Source of the DNA: Schaalia odontolytica | GTDB taxonomy: Bacteria; Actinomycetota; Actinomycetes; Actinomycetales; Actinomycetaceae | Assembly (NCBI RefSeq): GCF_005696695.1 | Contig: NZ_CP040006.1 | Coordinates: 600,001-632,000, forward strand | DNA: 32,000 nucleotides | Reading direction: 5' to 3' | Shown: piece by piece, positions 31,625-32,000 of the stretch | Layout of the letters: every line of letters begins with the position of its first letter | Numbering within the stretch: position 1 is the first letter of the stretch | The notes under the pieces: model-generated | What the model was told of the DNA's origin: nothing | Database searches by the model: none | What the model saw: the letters and a program-made list of their open reading frames with translations, nothing else | Position numbers and translations under genes: made by a program

Positions 31625-32000
31625 AATGGCTGTCGTGATGGACCCGCAGATGCCCACGGGCACCGAGGTCGCCTCGTACGAGACCTACGCGCAGGCGCGT
31701 GCGGGCGTCGACTTCCTGTCGGATGCCGGCTTCGACGTTTCCGCGATCACGATTGTCGGCTCTGACCTGCACCTTGTCGAGCGCGTCAAAGGGCGCCTGA
31801 CGATCGCCCGCGCCTCCCTCTCGGGTGCCTCCAGCGGCGGCCTGTGGGGAGCCCTGGGTGGCATGCTCATGTCCGCCGGGCAAAACGCGGGCGGAACGGG
31901 TTCGTGGGTCGTCGGCGGCATCATCGTCGGCGCCCTGATCGGCATGGCTCTGTCCGCTCTGTCCTTCATCATTCGCGGACGCAGCCGCGACCTCGTGTCC
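31625..32000 (+). CDS. 5' part of a conserved membrane protein (general-stress/glycine-zipper type); 3' end outside the window
   Basis: ATG 31625 follows GAAGGAGAAGAA, and the frame is open to the window end. The product is MAVVMDPQMPTGTEVASYETYAQARAGVDFLSDAGFDVSAITIVGSDLHLVERVKGRLT... followed by Gly-rich TM segments (GGLWGALGGMLM, WVVGGIIVGALIGMALSALSFI). Confidence 0.6.

Noticed and set aside
1-32000. Mobile elements, prophage genes, rRNA operons and known defence-system hallmark genes (cas, restriction-modification, TIR/SIR2, STAND ATPases).
   Set aside because: I scanned all ORFs of at least 60 aa on both strands. None shows transposase DDE, integrase, recombinase, capsid, terminase or nuclease/helicase defence motifs that I can recognise.

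Overview
High-GC actinobacterial chromosomal window; gene content and order look Actinomyces/Actinomycetales-like. I support about 31 CDS, one tRNA-Gln(UUG), several hairpin terminators and one non-coding repeat array. No rRNA, CRISPR array, transposase or integrase was seen. Most of the window is conserved backbone. It runs: GNAT; a fused MacB-type ABC ATPase/permease; DJ-1/PfpI; then tatD, an rpfB-like gene, a second DUF348/G5 muralytic paralogue, rsmA(ksgA), ispE and an ABC-F gene, mirroring the mycobacterial tatD-rpfB-ksgA-ispE cluster. It continues with a TetR regulator, tRNA-Gln, glmU-prs-rplY, an NDP-sugar pyrophosphorylase, a BMP lipoprotein, dapE-LOG, a 54-aa DUF3117 gene missed by the ORF track, an O-methyltransferase, and mrp / DUF1003 / MgtE-N+CBS. 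The accessory stretch is about 14.0-18.1 kb. It holds a secreted CBM + beta-helix glycanase, a low-GC3 two-gene cassette and a Cys-rich DUF1540 gene. The best candidate for something new is that cassette (16508-17481). It encodes a stand-alone TNT-type (NAD+ glycohydrolase-like) domain protein with no delivery domain, translationally coupled (TGATG) to an unrecognisable 171-aa ORF. That arrangement suggests a cytoplasmic NADase toxin plus immunity/antitoxin or NAD-depletion defence module. Other items worth a second look: a ~460-bp low-GC array of degenerate ~19-21-nt repeats upstream of rsmA; a glmU that ends about 130-150 codons early with an abrupt codon-usage switch; a 38-nt near-perfect palindrome upstream of the DUF1540 gene; and a pentapeptide-repeat insert in the ABC transporter ectodomain. 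All family assignments come from motif recognition by eye. No searches were run.
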